From positions 1 through 42,064 of the forward strand of contig PKTJ01000043.1 in the NCBI GenBank assembly GCA_002869205.1: a stretch of 42,064 bases of DNA, in the 5' to 3' direction. The position numbers and the translations under genes were made by a program. Positions within the stretch are counted from its first letter, which is position 1. Each line of letters begins with the position of its first letter. The DNA comes from Candidatus Parcubacteria bacterium. Lineage in GTDB: Bacteria > Patescibacteriota > Patescibacteriia > Magasanikbacterales > UBA922. Positions 10,301 to 20,210 of this stretch are shown piece by piece. The notes under the pieces are model-generated. The model was not told the DNA's origin and made no database searches. It saw only the letters and a list, made by a program, of their open reading frames with translations.

Positions 10301-13300
10301 ACAAGAAGATAATTTTGTTGGATTGTCTTATGCTGCAATGAACGACGTTGATACGTTTAATTTTTCACTGTCTCCGGGTGAAGGAGAAAAGCAGGTTTAC
10401 ACCAAATTAAAACATAGTACCTGTAACAAAACTTCTGTGGTTAGTAGTACGATTATACTAGATGAAACTGCACCTATTTTTGCAGGGGATAATATAGAAA
10501 AGTTGCCAGCTGACACAAAAAATTATTTAGTTACACATTTAAAGTTTGATGAAGAGTCTGGGGAAACTGCACAAGATTCTGCTCACTCAAATGATGGGAC
10601 TATTGTTGGTGGTTCATCAATTGATAATGCAATTTCTTTTTCCGGATTACTTTTTGATGGTGATGATTATGTGACGATTCCTAATACTAATGACATTAAT
10701 TTAGGATTGCATGAACAGCGCTCTGTTAGTGTGTGGTTTAAAGTAGTAGATAAGGATTTGGCTACCAAACAAGTTATTTATGAAGAAGGAGGGCAATCAA
10801 GAGGTCTTAATATTTATGTCCACGATGGAAGTTTGTATGTTGGTGGTTGGAATAATGTAACTAGTGAAAGTCGTTGGACAGGCACTTGGCTCTCTACATC
10901 TGACATCGAAAACAATACATGGCATCATGTTGTCCTTACACTCAATGGTTTTTCTGATATCTATCCAGAAACTCTCAAGGCATATCTCGATAGTGAATTG
11001 TATGGTGCAGGAGAAGGTTCTCAATTGTGGGGACACACCGGGGATATTTCTATTGGGCGTAATGGTGATACAAAATTTCATGATGGCGGTGACGGTACTG
11101 ATGGTGAATATTTTGTCGGATCCATTGATGAGCTCGCTATTTTCAATGACAATTTATCAGCAGATGAGGTGGAGACATTATATAGTTCTATTTCAGTTGA
11201 TACATCATCTGAAAATACACGATCTGTGTTTAGAGGAAAAGTCGCAGATAATTATCTGGAGGATGTGCAGGTACATATGCGTTTGCTGCACTTTGAGCCT
11301 GGTGTGAGTAATCCTATCATTTCAGATATAGATGATGAGCTGTCTCTTCTTGATAGTATGTCTGAAATATTTTCTAATATAAATGTCTTGACTGTCGCGG
11401 CAATAACAAATCCAGAATATTATGTTGTCGAATCTGTCTCGCCAGCTGAGGATGGTAGTTTTGTTATCACTGTTCCTTTTTCTGAGGCAGGAGAATATAT
11501 AGTGGAGGTTCAGGCTGAAGACGGTGCAGGTAATGTGAGTAAATCATATACTAAGACATTGTCGCTCACAAGCTATGAAGAGATTTGTGGTGATCATATA
11601 GACAACAATGGTAACGATAGAATAGACGAAGGGTGCGGCTGTGATACAACTTTGAGTACTGATCCCGATGGTGACGGTATTGATGCCTATGAAGATAATT
11701 GTCCATGTGAGTATAATCCTCATCAAGAGGATGAAGATGGGGATGGTGTGGGTGATGCGTGTGATAATTGCATTGCAACAGCAAATCCGGCACAAGTTGA
11801 TTATTATGGGCCAGATGGTATTGGGGATGCATGCCAGTTGACTCCGGACAAATTTGTTTGTGATACGATTCCGTATATTACACTTGATATTTCACGAGCA
11901 GAAAATACTGGGGCGGGTGATTCACAAAGTAAAGTATTTATTGGTAACACCGATACCTCTGTAGAATCTGGTGACATTTTGTATTTGCGTGATTTCACCT
12001 CAGAGGGAGAGGGAAAAAACATGTACTACGATCAGACGGTCAGACAAAATGTTGGTGGTATGGCAGTCAGGCGTGGGCCGGGCTGGATCAGTTTAGTGTT
12101 ATACGGTCATCATGGTTCAGGGGCAGGAAAAGAAATTATGGATGTCGATTTTACCTTGAATGGAGCTCGTATTACTTCGTTTGAAAATGTAAATTTAGAA
12201 AATCAGGGCGATGGTAGACACACAGATAATGCTGGTCAAGACGAAGTTTATTTTTGGACAGAAGGGTATGAAAAGGGTATCAATCCTCCTTTTGGTATTG
12301 GTAGTAATCAGGTGCAGTCACGTCTTCGTGTTACAACACATCATGATGAGTTTTATATCAAATATAGATGTGATGATACAGGTGACCCACCACCTCCACT
12401 ACCTGACACAGACAAAGATACAATTTTGGACAAAGATGATAATTGTCCGTATGAACCAAATCGTGAGCAAGAAGATGGGGATGGAGATGGTAAGGGGGAT
12501 GCCTGTGATTATTGTCCTGATGTAAAAGAAGGTAGATTCGATTTTAGTGCAAATAAAAATTTTAAGAGTAGAGAACAAGGACATTTTGGTAAAGTGGAAA
12601 TTCCACCCCAACAATCCTATGAAAATAAATATGTCGATGTAAGTTGTTATAGATCTTTTGATCAAATGGGATATGAATCGTCAGACAAGTTTATGGCTCT
12701 CAGCGATATCTATAAGTATGAGTCAAGTGTGCAGTTCAATGATTCAGATATAAAAATTGCTTTTTCATTTGATCCAGAAGAGGTGAATGTAGAAGAAGAT
12801 GCAATTTATCGTAAGGTTGGTAGTGGATCATGGGAAAAGCAGGAAACAATCTTTGACACAGATACTCACACTGCATATGCCCATACAGATGGATTTTCTT
12901 ACTGGGTTTTGGCTCATGCGGATGGAGACCTTGTCATTGATACAGATGAGGATGGTATTCCAGATGACGTAGACAATTGTCCAACTGTTTACAATCCTCT
13001 TCAGGTTGATGAAGATGGGGACGGCATAGGTGACGCGTGTCAGGATGATGATGACGATGATGATGCAGAATGTGGTAACGATATAGTGGAAGAAGGGGAA
13101 GAGTGCGACGGTTCGGCAGAAGACGGATTTTATTGCAGTCTTTCTTGTAATCTCGTGCCGATCACATCAGATCCTGTTTGTGGTAATGGAATACTTGAGA
13201 CAGGGGAATCATGTGACGATAATAATAATATCAATGGGGATGGTTGTTCCTCGTCTTGTTTTGTGGAAGTCGACCCCGATGACCCTACAGATCCAGAAGA

Positions 13301-14408
13301 TCCTAATCCGACAAGTGGAGATCCTGAAGATCCAGAAGAGCCGTCTATTGGTGAATCAATTATAAATTTTATTACACCAGTCAGTGAACAAATTAAAAAA
13401 ATGGCTAAGGTGGTCCAAGATATAACTCGAAAAACTATAGAAGTTATACAAAAAGTAATTGACAACCCTCAAGTTGAGGAAGTAAATGAAAAAATAATTG
13501 TACCGGTGATTGCTACTGCAGGTGTTGCAAACGTTGCTATTGGTTTTCAATTCCCAAATATATTCATGTTCTTGCGCTACCTTTTTGGCCAGCCTCTCCT
13601 AGCTCTTCGTCGTCGTAAGCAAAAACAATGGGGGGTTGTGTATGATGCATTTACCAAGCAACCTGTTGGTCTCGCTACGATTCGTGTGATAGATACCGTA
13701 CAAAACAAAGTGGTGCGCTCACAAGTGAGTGATACGCAAGGAAGATATTATATTATTTTGGATCCAGGTACGTATCGTCTCGAAGTAATCAAACCAGGAT
13801 TTACCGGATTTAGTGAATATCTTGAACATAAGAATGAGGATGCAAGATACATTAATCTATATCATGGAGAAGATTTTGAAATAGTAGAAGATAATGGTGA
13901 GCTCAACTACAATATCCCTCTTGATGCTGTAGAAAAATCAGGAGAAACACATGCTATTCTCAAAGATTATACACATAAGTTGTGGCATTATGGTATCGGA
14001 CTATCTGGTGTTATTATTACTGCGGTTTCATTTATTATCTCACCAAATTTGATTGTGTTAGCATTTTTCTTCCTACATTTATTATTATTTGGCATTGCAT
14101 ATCAGTTTGGACACAAGAAATTAGGAGAGACGTGGGGTATTATTACTGCGTCCAAGACACGTAAGAAGATTGGTAAGGTGATTGTGCGTGTGTTTGATGC
14201 GCAATATAATAAACTCGTAAATACCGGTATTTCTGATCGCAAGGGAAGATATGCTATTTTGGTTGGTCCAAGTCGTTATTATGCAACATATGAAAAGTCA
14301 GGGTACAAAGAAAAGAGGGGTAATACCCTCGACCTATCGAGTGAAAAAACAGACGGAATGGGTGGTATTATTGGTGAAAATGAGGAGCTAGAGCATAAGG
14401 TAAAATAG
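7374..14408 (+). CDS. Giant exported surface protein, class B: propeller-like head, Ig/FN3 stalk, LamG domain, TSP3 and Cys-rich repeats, membrane-anchored C-terminal module
   Basis: About 2340 aa (ORF track starts it at 7338). Signal/TM ending VFA; FN3 (SGLTPNTTYEFLV); LamG (SVSVWFK, WHHVVLT, LKAYLD, FVGSIDELAIFNDNLSADEVETLY); TSP3 (DxDxDGxxDxxDNCP); CGNGILETGESCDD..GDGCSSSC; C-terminal TMs and carboxypeptidase-regulatory-like domains. Confidence 0.85.
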   Translation: MNVMRKRHHYFGSIRPGKKVNFLYLWVGIIVLGLGILGSLFFQRFVFAAITDYEAVGTYVVSDGDAGTSVVVDDELNPHVFYSTDTTSICGSADRYVHSYKDEGVWTHECLDADDNSSTRGFISAVFRNSGGQQLIYVAYRASNDMSFKYKQKTTAQSWSDVSWQDGSATITSSNAVVSSADLILDGNGYITLAYIDGDTSDADAYFYQDTDNDLSFADETRKTIATNFQSYVYGYFNTIELALRPSTADTFSVIWGTGPQYRNISNQARIYYEHYDGDWDNTGTTICDNVNGCYSPSIAYRSNGDVVVSYFEIETYPNSRLETAYYDDSETSWSTNNLIATLSSTEWPHTAMTVTSDDRVHLSYGNTTGGLARYTYSDTGVSSWASTQNIGYMEKRLDMYPRDTYVHIAGHADTSEGSGRIYYTTDDPGNNPPTVTDISPQQTSTSLVTVTTTIADANSDVTSLMVEHSTDGSSWSSSTIGTATQNSEGDGTVTSTAQITDIDTDNDGSVDLTFTWNVGVDVPNTETSTVYLKITPNDGTVDGDVVSSTAFAIDTRDPTVPGSLSVNTTSTQAVILNFGTTSTDSNFSEYKLFYKTSSPVTESDTAFTSSSDINLATSTLNGVSTTTISGFATNTLYYVNIWAYDTWGNATSSPNEVSFYTLANTPTGLTNSALATSTASFNVSAFNNDSLGSSGYYFDLTLTANGSSVSSSSWQSGDNTWSVSSLTPNTGYTIEAMYRNGDGVETVTTSLSFTTLSNEISSITPTVDSDTQITLAWTGDSTEYRSQNYTISSTTEWSANTSSVWSGLTPNTTYEFLVQGSNGLGVTTTWSSTSTAVTYSTIPASVSATPNSSSQITVSWVAVNSSWYQVERVDTSATSSWTQSNSISFSGLSADTEYSFRVKAKNSQDDETDWSSAVSITTDDQVDTGTGDSCSDVDNPTGEFTINNGDKYTSSTDIFFNFFNLSEGASKYSVAQEDNFVGLSYAAMNDVDTFNFSLSPGEGEKQVYTKLKHSTCNKTSVVSSTIILDETAPIFAGDNIEKLPADTKNYLVTHLKFDEESGETAQDSAHSNDGTIVGGSSIDNAISFSGLLFDGDDYVTIPNTNDINLGLHEQRSVSVWFKVVDKDLATKQVIYEEGGQSRGLNIYVHDGSLYVGGWNNVTSESRWTGTWLSTSDIENNTWHHVVLTLNGFSDIYPETLKAYLDSELYGAGEGSQLWGHTGDISIGRNGDTKFHDGGDGTDGEYFVGSIDELAIFNDNLSADEVETLYSSISVDTSSENTRSVFRGKVADNYLEDVQVHMRLLHFEPGVSNPIISDIDDELSLLDSMSEIFSNINVLTVAAITNPEYYVVESVSPAEDGSFVITVPFSEAGEYIVEVQAEDGAGNVSKSYTKTLSLTSYEEICGDHIDNNGNDRIDEGCGCDTTLSTDPDGDGIDAYEDNCPCEYNPHQEDEDGDGVGDACDNCIATANPAQVDYYGPDGIGDACQLTPDKFVCDTIPYITLDISRAENTGAGDSQSKVFIGNTDTSVESGDILYLRDFTSEGEGKNMYYDQTVRQNVGGMAVRRGPGWISLVLYGHHGSGAGKEIMDVDFTLNGARITSFENVNLENQGDGRHTDNAGQDEVYFWTEGYEKGINPPFGIGSNQVQSRLRVTTHHDEFYIKYRCDDTGDPPPPLPDTDKDTILDKDDNCPYEPNREQEDGDGDGKGDACDYCPDVKEGRFDFSANKNFKSREQGHFGKVEIPPQQSYENKYVDVSCYRSFDQMGYESSDKFMALSDIYKYESSVQFNDSDIKIAFSFDPEEVNVEEDAIYRKVGSGSWEKQETIFDTDTHTAYAHTDGFSYWVLAHADGDLVIDTDEDGIPDDVDNCPTVYNPLQVDEDGDGIGDACQDDDDDDDAECGNDIVEEGEECDGSAEDGFYCSLSCNLVPITSDPVCGNGILETGESCDDNNNINGDGCSSSCFVEVDPDDPTDPEDPNPTSGDPEDPEEPSIGESIINFITPVSEQIKKMAKVVQDITRKTIEVIQKVIDNPQVEEVNEKIIVPVIATAGVANVAIGFQFPNIFMFLRYLFGQPLLALRRRKQKQWGVVYDAFTKQPVGLATIRVIDTVQNKVVRSQVSDTQGRYYIILDPGTYRLEVIKPGFTGFSEYLEHKNEDARYINLYHGEDFEIVEDNGELNYNIPLDAVEKSGETHAILKDYTHKLWHYGIGLSGVIITAVSFIISPNLIVLAFFFLHLLLFGIAYQFGHKKLGETWGIITASKTRKKIGKVIVRVFDAQYNKLVNTGISDRKGRYAILVGPSRYYATYEKSGYKEKRGNTLDLSSEKTDGMGGIIGENEELEHKVK

Positions 14409-14425
14409 GTTAGGGTTAATTATTG

Positions 14426-14453
14426 AACACCATTGTAATAATGGTGTTTTTTT
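14426..14453 (+). terminator. Intrinsic terminator
   Basis: Stem aacaccatt-gtaat-aatggtgtt followed by a T tract. Confidence 0.7.
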
Positions 14454-14498
14454 ATCCCCATTTTTGGCTACGTAGACCTTACAACCAGCTCTTTTTAT

Positions 14499-14507
14499 TG
14501 ATATAAT
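14499..14507 (+). promoter_or_regulatory. Extended -10 promoter element (TGaTATAAT), possibly giving a leaderless mRNA
   Basis: Perfect TGnTATAAT ending 6 nt before ATG 14514. Confidence 0.5.
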
Positions 14508-14513
14508 TAGTGC

Positions 14514-17500
14514 ATGAAACACAATATGGGAAATGAAAATGTAAATGGCGCAAGTCAGCTTGTTTTTAAATATGCAGCCGTATTTTATATTTTTATTTTT
14601 TTGTGTTTTTCTGTCAGTTTGTTGAAGGTTGCGTCTGTAATAACGATATATGCTCAGCAAGATAAACTAACCGCAAGCGATGCCGCCGCTGGTGATAGAT
14701 TTGGAGATTCGGTATCTATAAGCGGAGATTATGCCATTGTAGGAGCTTATGCCGATGCTAGTTCTCAGGGTTCGGCTTATATTTTCAAACGAAGTGGCGA
14801 AACATGGACTGAAATAAAGAAACTAACCGCAAGCGATGCCGCCGCTGGTGATAGATTTGGAGATGAGGTTGCCATAAGTGGAAATTATGCTATTGTTGGA
14901 GCATATGCTAACGCTGATGCAGGCGCCTTTTCTGGTTCGGCATATGTTTTTTACAAAGATCAGGGTGGAGTAGACAATTGGGGAGAGGTAAAAAAATTAA
15001 CCGCAAGTGATGCTGCAGCAAGCGATGTTTTTGGTTTCAATGTGTCTATAGATGGAGAATATGCGGTAGTTGGTGCACATCAAAATGATGATGGCGGGTC
15101 TCTTTCTGGTTCGGCATATGTTTTTTACAAAGATCAGGGTGGAGTAGACAATTGGGGAGAGGTGAAAAAAATCATAGCTAGCGATGATGCCGCAGGAGAT
15201 CATTTCGGAGATGATGTTTCTATAAGTGGAAGTGTTATTGTGGTTGGGGCTTGGGGGGACAGTTCTTTTGCTGGTTCGGCATATGTTTTTTACAAAGATT
15301 ATGGAGGTTTAAATAATTGGGGACAGTATAAAAAAATAACAGCCAGTGATGCAGCGGCAAGTGATTTTTTTGGGGACAGTATTTCTATAAGTGGAGATTA
15401 TGTAGTTGTTGGGGCAATCGGCAATGATGATGTAGGTTCTGATTCTGGTTCGGCATATGTTTTTCAGAAAGGCGATTTTGAAACTTGGGGGCAGATAAAA
15501 AAATTAACAGCCAGTGATATTGCTGATAGTGATAATTTTGGTGTAGATGTTTCTATAAGTGGAGAGTATGTGGTGGTTGGTGCATATAAAAATGACGATG
15601 TGGGTTCTGATTCTGGTTCAGCATATATTTTCTATAAAGATGAGGGTAGTGTAGATAATTGGGGGGAACAAACTAAGATAACAGCAGATGATGCTGCAGA
15701 CAGTGATTTTTTTGGATGGAGCGTTTCCATAAGTGGAGATTATGCGAATGTAGGGGCTTATGGGAATGATGATGATGGAGCCTTGTCTGGTTCATCCTAT
15801 ATTTTTTATACTGCGCCGTCTAATGCGGCACCATCAGCCACAACTCTTACACCATCACAGACAACCGCAGATATTGTAATGGTTACGACAACAATTGCAG
15901 ACACTGATGGTGATCTTACCAGTTCTACGTTTCAATATTCTATCAATGGAATTGACTGGACCAATGCAACTATTGGAGATGTGACGCAGAACGAAGCACT
16001 TGATGGTGTTGTGACTTCCACTGGAAGTATTCAAGACATTGATACAGATACTGATGCTGATAACAGCGTTGACCTGACTATTGAATGGATGGTTTCTACT
16101 GATCTGCCAAACACAGCTACCAATACTGCACAAATACGCATGACACCAAATGATGGTACGACAGATGGTACGACTCAGACATCCGCAGTATTTTCTATTG
16201 ATACAGCCACACCATCTCCAGCACTTGATGCACTGACCATTAATACCACATCGACAACATCGGTAATTTTAAATCTATCCACTACTACTGATGACAACTT
16301 TTCTGAATATATTATTTATTATAGTACTTCAACTCCGGTAACAACGACGAGTACTGAACTTTCTTCATCTACATTTTCTTATTTTGCTTCGAGTACTTGG
16401 GAAGGAAATGTAACTACGACATTATCTTCGCTGACTACCAATACACTGTATTATGTAGGTCTTTGGGCATATGATAGTTTTGGTAATAGCACATCTACGG
16501 CAAGTGAACTTAGCTTTTATACACTGACACCTAATCCTACTAATTTTGCTACTACGTCACTTACCTCAAGTACGGTTGATTTTTATGTGGATTCATTTGA
16601 TAATTTTGCTTCGGGAACGTCTGGTTATTATTTTGATCTTGCGTTGTTTGGTGGAGCATCGGTGACAACTACAGGGTGGACGACATCGAGTAATATGTGG
16701 TCATTAGATTCGCTTACGCCAAATACACGCTACACTGCATCGGTAAATTATCGTAATGGTGATGGTGTCTTGGCCGCAACATCGACATTAAACTTTTACA
16801 CATTGGCGGAGGTTCCAGGTGCCTCAACTCTTGCTGACCCAACAAACACTACTGTTGATATTACGGTGAATGCAGGGAATAATCCTGCTGCGACTGAATT
16901 TGCACTCTACAATGTGACTGACAGTACGTATATAGACGGGAGTGGTGATGCATCGGGCACCGTCGTGTGGAATACAGCTACGGTTTGGGGCACGATAACA
17001 GCGAATGATCTCACACCAAATACCAATTATGAGTTTTATGTAAAAGCAAGAAATGCCAGCGAAATAGAGACTGCTTTTGGAAGTAGTGCAACGGCATACA
17101 CGGCAGCTGGTACGCCAACATCAGTTACCGCGTCAGTAAGTGGAAGTGATGTGACAGTGAGCTGGTCTGGGACAGCAGCCGCTTATTGGGTAGAAGATAA
17201 TTCTGATTCTACCCGTAATTCTGGTTGGATCACGGCGACAACATATACTTTTTCAGGTTTGAGCAACGGCGCATATACTTTTAAAGTAAAAGGGAAAAAT
17301 GCAGAGGATACTGAAACAGTATATGTTTCAGCTAGTGCTGTGCAGGTGAGTGTCGGCGGCGGCGGTTCTACTGATAGTGGAGATGGAAGCACGGATGATT
17401 CAAATGATTCTGATTGTTCTACAGTAGAAGAATGTAATGAAGAAATAGAAGAGGACGCAGTGGGTTGGATAAAAATAAATAATGGAGATTTGCAAACGGA

Positions 17501-20042
17501 CTCACATACTGTAACACTAGATATACATCATGATACAGCAAATTTATATAGAGTTGTTGAAGCCTTAGATTTTCAAGACTGTTCTGCAGAGGGGGTTTTT
17601 ACTGGAGGATTTACATTTTTTAATGGCCCAGACAGAACTAGACCTTTTACATTTTCTGATGGTCCGGGGGACAAAAAAATATGTGTAAAGTTTTATATAT
17701 CTGGCAAAGGAACAACAGCCCCATACACAGCGGCTATTAATGTGATCGGAGATGAGGAAGAGGTTGAGGAAATTATTCCGCATCCATGTGCTGATTCTCC
17801 ACCAAATATTTTGAAAATTCAACCGTATAATGTTGGTAATGTACCTATTGACGGTAGTGGAACTATGGATCTGGTAAAAAATAGTCGAAGTGGAAATATA
17901 GATATTACTTTTCAAACGTGCAAAGAAGCTACTTTGTATATGAAATATATTAGTGACGAGCCGTTTAGCGATGAAAATCTCGGTGAATGGATTGGAAGTA
18001 CTAAGCCGATCTGGAATGGAAGATTTCCTACACTTCGATTGGGGCATTCTGCTCTGGGATTATATAATTCCATAAGGTTTAAATTGTATGATTTTCCAGA
18101 TGTTATATATATGCGTTATGGTGTAAAGGCGCCATTAGCTTCGGCAGCTTTGGCATCTGTTGATCCAAATAATCCTGACATCTTGTTTGGAGATACAATA
18201 CAAATAGGTACTAATCCTGTTACAACAGTAGATCAATGTACTGAGAATCCGGATCTATATATCTGTAGTGGAGATCATGATGAGGATGGAATTATTGATG
18301 GACAGGATAATTGTCCAAGTCATGCAAATGCAGATCAATTAGATACTGATGATGATGGATTGGGGGATGTGTGTGATGAGTGTGTTGATGATGCAACAAA
18401 TACATGTGGTGATACAGATAAAGATAAGATACTCGATGATTATGATAATTGTTTAAATACACCTAATTTTGATCAGTTAGATACTGATAGTGATGGTCTG
18501 GGTGATGTGTGTGATGAGGACATTGATAATGATTCTATTCTTAACCTTTCTGATAATTGTCCATTAATTCCAAATGCAGACCAACTAGATACAGACGGTG
18601 ATGGAATTGGTGACGTTTGTGATATTCAAAACTCAGTTTGTAATAACAAAATTAAAGAAGGTGACGAAGAGTGTGATACATATGCTCCGGAAGGTTTTTA
18701 TTGTAATTTATCGTGTGAGTTGGTAGAGACTGAAGAAGAGTCAGTGTGTGGTAATAGTACTGTGGAGGCTGGTGAAACATGTGATGATGGAAATCTTATT
18801 TCAGGTGATGGGTGTTCGTCAGTCTGTTTATGGGAATCAGTAGAAGAAGATGTGGTAGAAGATAATGGAGAGGGTGAAGAAGGGGATGAAAGTAGTGGAG
18901 AGGCTGATTCGGGTGGAACAGAAAATGCACAAGGCAACGGATCAAATGGTAGCGACAACACTTCGGGAAGTTTTTTTACCAATATTGGTAATGGTGTTGT
19001 AGATACATTTAAAAAAATACGAGAAACAGTAGCAAATATTATACCAGAACAGGTGAAAGAAATGGCGCTTCAAACAGTTGAAGCAATTAGAAAAGTAATA
19101 GATAACCCTCAGGTTGAAGAAGTAAATGAAAAAATAATTGTACCGGCAATTGCCACCGCAGGTGTTGCCAACGTGGCCGTCGGTTTCCAACTTCCAAATA
19201 TTTTTGCATTTTTACGATATATATTTGGTCAACCACTTCTTGCTTTGCGTCGTCGCAAGCAGAAGAAGTGGGGAATTGTCTATGATGCGTTTACCAAGCA
19301 ACCTGTCGGACTTGCAATGGTGCGTATCTTGGACGCACAGACTAAGAAAGTGGTGCGTTCTCAGGTGACCGATGCTCAGGGACGTTATTATCTCATGCTT
19401 GATGCTGGTGAATATACTATCGAGGTGGTAAAGACAGGATTTAGTGGATTTAGTGAATATCTCAAGAATAAGGGTGAAGATGCAAAATATATTAATTTAT
19501 ATCATGGTGAGTCATTTGAAATAAAAGAAGAAAGTGGTGAATTGAATTATAATATTCCACTTGATGCGCAGAGTATGTCAGCTGGTACCAAGCAAATACT
19601 GAGAGATTATACCAGTAAGGTTTTGCATTACGGAGTTGGTTTGTCTGGTGTTGTCATTACCGCGATATCGTTTATCATTTCGCCAAACGCGATTGTGCTT
19701 GCATTTTTCTTTTTCCACCTCCTCCTATTCTCTGTAGCATACATGTTTGGTCACAAGTCATTGAAGGGTGGTTGGGGTACGGTGACTATTGAGGGTGGTG
19801 TGAAAAAACTTGGTAAGGTGATTGTGCGTGTGTTTGATGCTGAATATGATAAATTGGTGGGTACTGGTGTGACAGATCGAAAGGGTAGGTATGCAGTGCT
19901 TGTAGGTCCAAGCACCTATTATGCAACGTATGAAAAAGAAGGGTTTAAAGAAAAAAAGAGTGATACCATTGATCTCTCAAGTAGAAAAACAGATGGTATG
20001 GGTGGGATTATTGGTAGAGATGAGAAGCTTGAAAAGGAGTAA
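14514..20042 (+). CDS. Giant exported surface protein, class B: FG-GAP (integrin-alpha-like) propeller head, Ig/FN3 stalk, TSP3 and Cys-rich repeats, membrane-anchored C-terminal module
   Basis: 1842 aa. Seven KLTASDxxxxDxFGxxVSISGxYxVVGA...GSAYVF repeats; FN3; many DTDxDGxGDVCD TSP3 repeats; CGNSTVEAGETCDDGN..GDGCSSVC. The C-terminal ~315 aa is paralogous to the upstream gene. Confidence 0.88.
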   Translation: MKHNMGNENVNGASQLVFKYAAVFYIFIFLCFSVSLLKVASVITIYAQQDKLTASDAAAGDRFGDSVSISGDYAIVGAYADASSQGSAYIFKRSGETWTEIKKLTASDAAAGDRFGDEVAISGNYAIVGAYANADAGAFSGSAYVFYKDQGGVDNWGEVKKLTASDAAASDVFGFNVSIDGEYAVVGAHQNDDGGSLSGSAYVFYKDQGGVDNWGEVKKIIASDDAAGDHFGDDVSISGSVIVVGAWGDSSFAGSAYVFYKDYGGLNNWGQYKKITASDAAASDFFGDSISISGDYVVVGAIGNDDVGSDSGSAYVFQKGDFETWGQIKKLTASDIADSDNFGVDVSISGEYVVVGAYKNDDVGSDSGSAYIFYKDEGSVDNWGEQTKITADDAADSDFFGWSVSISGDYANVGAYGNDDDGALSGSSYIFYTAPSNAAPSATTLTPSQTTADIVMVTTTIADTDGDLTSSTFQYSINGIDWTNATIGDVTQNEALDGVVTSTGSIQDIDTDTDADNSVDLTIEWMVSTDLPNTATNTAQIRMTPNDGTTDGTTQTSAVFSIDTATPSPALDALTINTTSTTSVILNLSTTTDDNFSEYIIYYSTSTPVTTTSTELSSSTFSYFASSTWEGNVTTTLSSLTTNTLYYVGLWAYDSFGNSTSTASELSFYTLTPNPTNFATTSLTSSTVDFYVDSFDNFASGTSGYYFDLALFGGASVTTTGWTTSSNMWSLDSLTPNTRYTASVNYRNGDGVLAATSTLNFYTLAEVPGASTLADPTNTTVDITVNAGNNPAATEFALYNVTDSTYIDGSGDASGTVVWNTATVWGTITANDLTPNTNYEFYVKARNASEIETAFGSSATAYTAAGTPTSVTASVSGSDVTVSWSGTAAAYWVEDNSDSTRNSGWITATTYTFSGLSNGAYTFKVKGKNAEDTETVYVSASAVQVSVGGGGSTDSGDGSTDDSNDSDCSTVEECNEEIEEDAVGWIKINNGDLQTDSHTVTLDIHHDTANLYRVVEALDFQDCSAEGVFTGGFTFFNGPDRTRPFTFSDGPGDKKICVKFYISGKGTTAPYTAAINVIGDEEEVEEIIPHPCADSPPNILKIQPYNVGNVPIDGSGTMDLVKNSRSGNIDITFQTCKEATLYMKYISDEPFSDENLGEWIGSTKPIWNGRFPTLRLGHSALGLYNSIRFKLYDFPDVIYMRYGVKAPLASAALASVDPNNPDILFGDTIQIGTNPVTTVDQCTENPDLYICSGDHDEDGIIDGQDNCPSHANADQLDTDDDGLGDVCDECVDDATNTCGDTDKDKILDDYDNCLNTPNFDQLDTDSDGLGDVCDEDIDNDSILNLSDNCPLIPNADQLDTDGDGIGDVCDIQNSVCNNKIKEGDEECDTYAPEGFYCNLSCELVETEEESVCGNSTVEAGETCDDGNLISGDGCSSVCLWESVEEDVVEDNGEGEEGDESSGEADSGGTENAQGNGSNGSDNTSGSFFTNIGNGVVDTFKKIRETVANIIPEQVKEMALQTVEAIRKVIDNPQVEEVNEKIIVPAIATAGVANVAVGFQLPNIFAFLRYIFGQPLLALRRRKQKKWGIVYDAFTKQPVGLAMVRILDAQTKKVVRSQVTDAQGRYYLMLDAGEYTIEVVKTGFSGFSEYLKNKGEDAKYINLYHGESFEIKEESGELNYNIPLDAQSMSAGTKQILRDYTSKVLHYGVGLSGVVITAISFIISPNAIVLAFFFFHLLLFSVAYMFGHKSLKGGWGTVTIEGGVKKLGKVIVRVFDAEYDKLVGTGVTDRKGRYAVLVGPSTYYATYEKEGFKEKKSDTIDLSSRKTDGMGGIIGRDEKLEKE

Positions 20043-20091
20043 TACCCATAGGGCATCAGTGTTCCCTGAGAAGTAAGGAATAGGGATTAAG

Positions 20092-20121
20092 AAAACTCGT
20101 CATAATATTGGCGGGTTTTTT
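20092..20121 (+). terminator. Intrinsic terminator
   Basis: aaaactcgtca-taatat-tggcgggtttttt, a hairpin with G-U pairs. Confidence 0.6.
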
Positions 20122-20132
20122 AAATAAGAATA

Positions 20133-20183
20133 TACTTAATATAGCTCCTCCCTCTTTTTAAGAGGGAGGTCGGGAGGGAGTTG
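20133..20183 (+). repeat. REP-like palindrome, second copy of 190-240
   Basis: 47 of 51 nt identical to 190-240 by manual alignment. Confidence 0.85.
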
Positions 20184-20210
20184 TGTAGTATATAAAAGAG
20201 ACTTCTCTTC

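Noticed and set aside
11330-11420. Possible relic signal peptide (NVLTVAAIT) inside the 2.3-kaa protein, suggesting a gene fusion
   Set aside because: It resembles the N-terminal VFAAIT over only a few residues and lacks a proper hydrophobic core.
14664-15800. Diversity-generating retroelement template/variable repeat pair
   Set aside because: The repeats are in-frame propeller blades, the differences are not adenine-specific, and there is no reverse transcriptase in the window.
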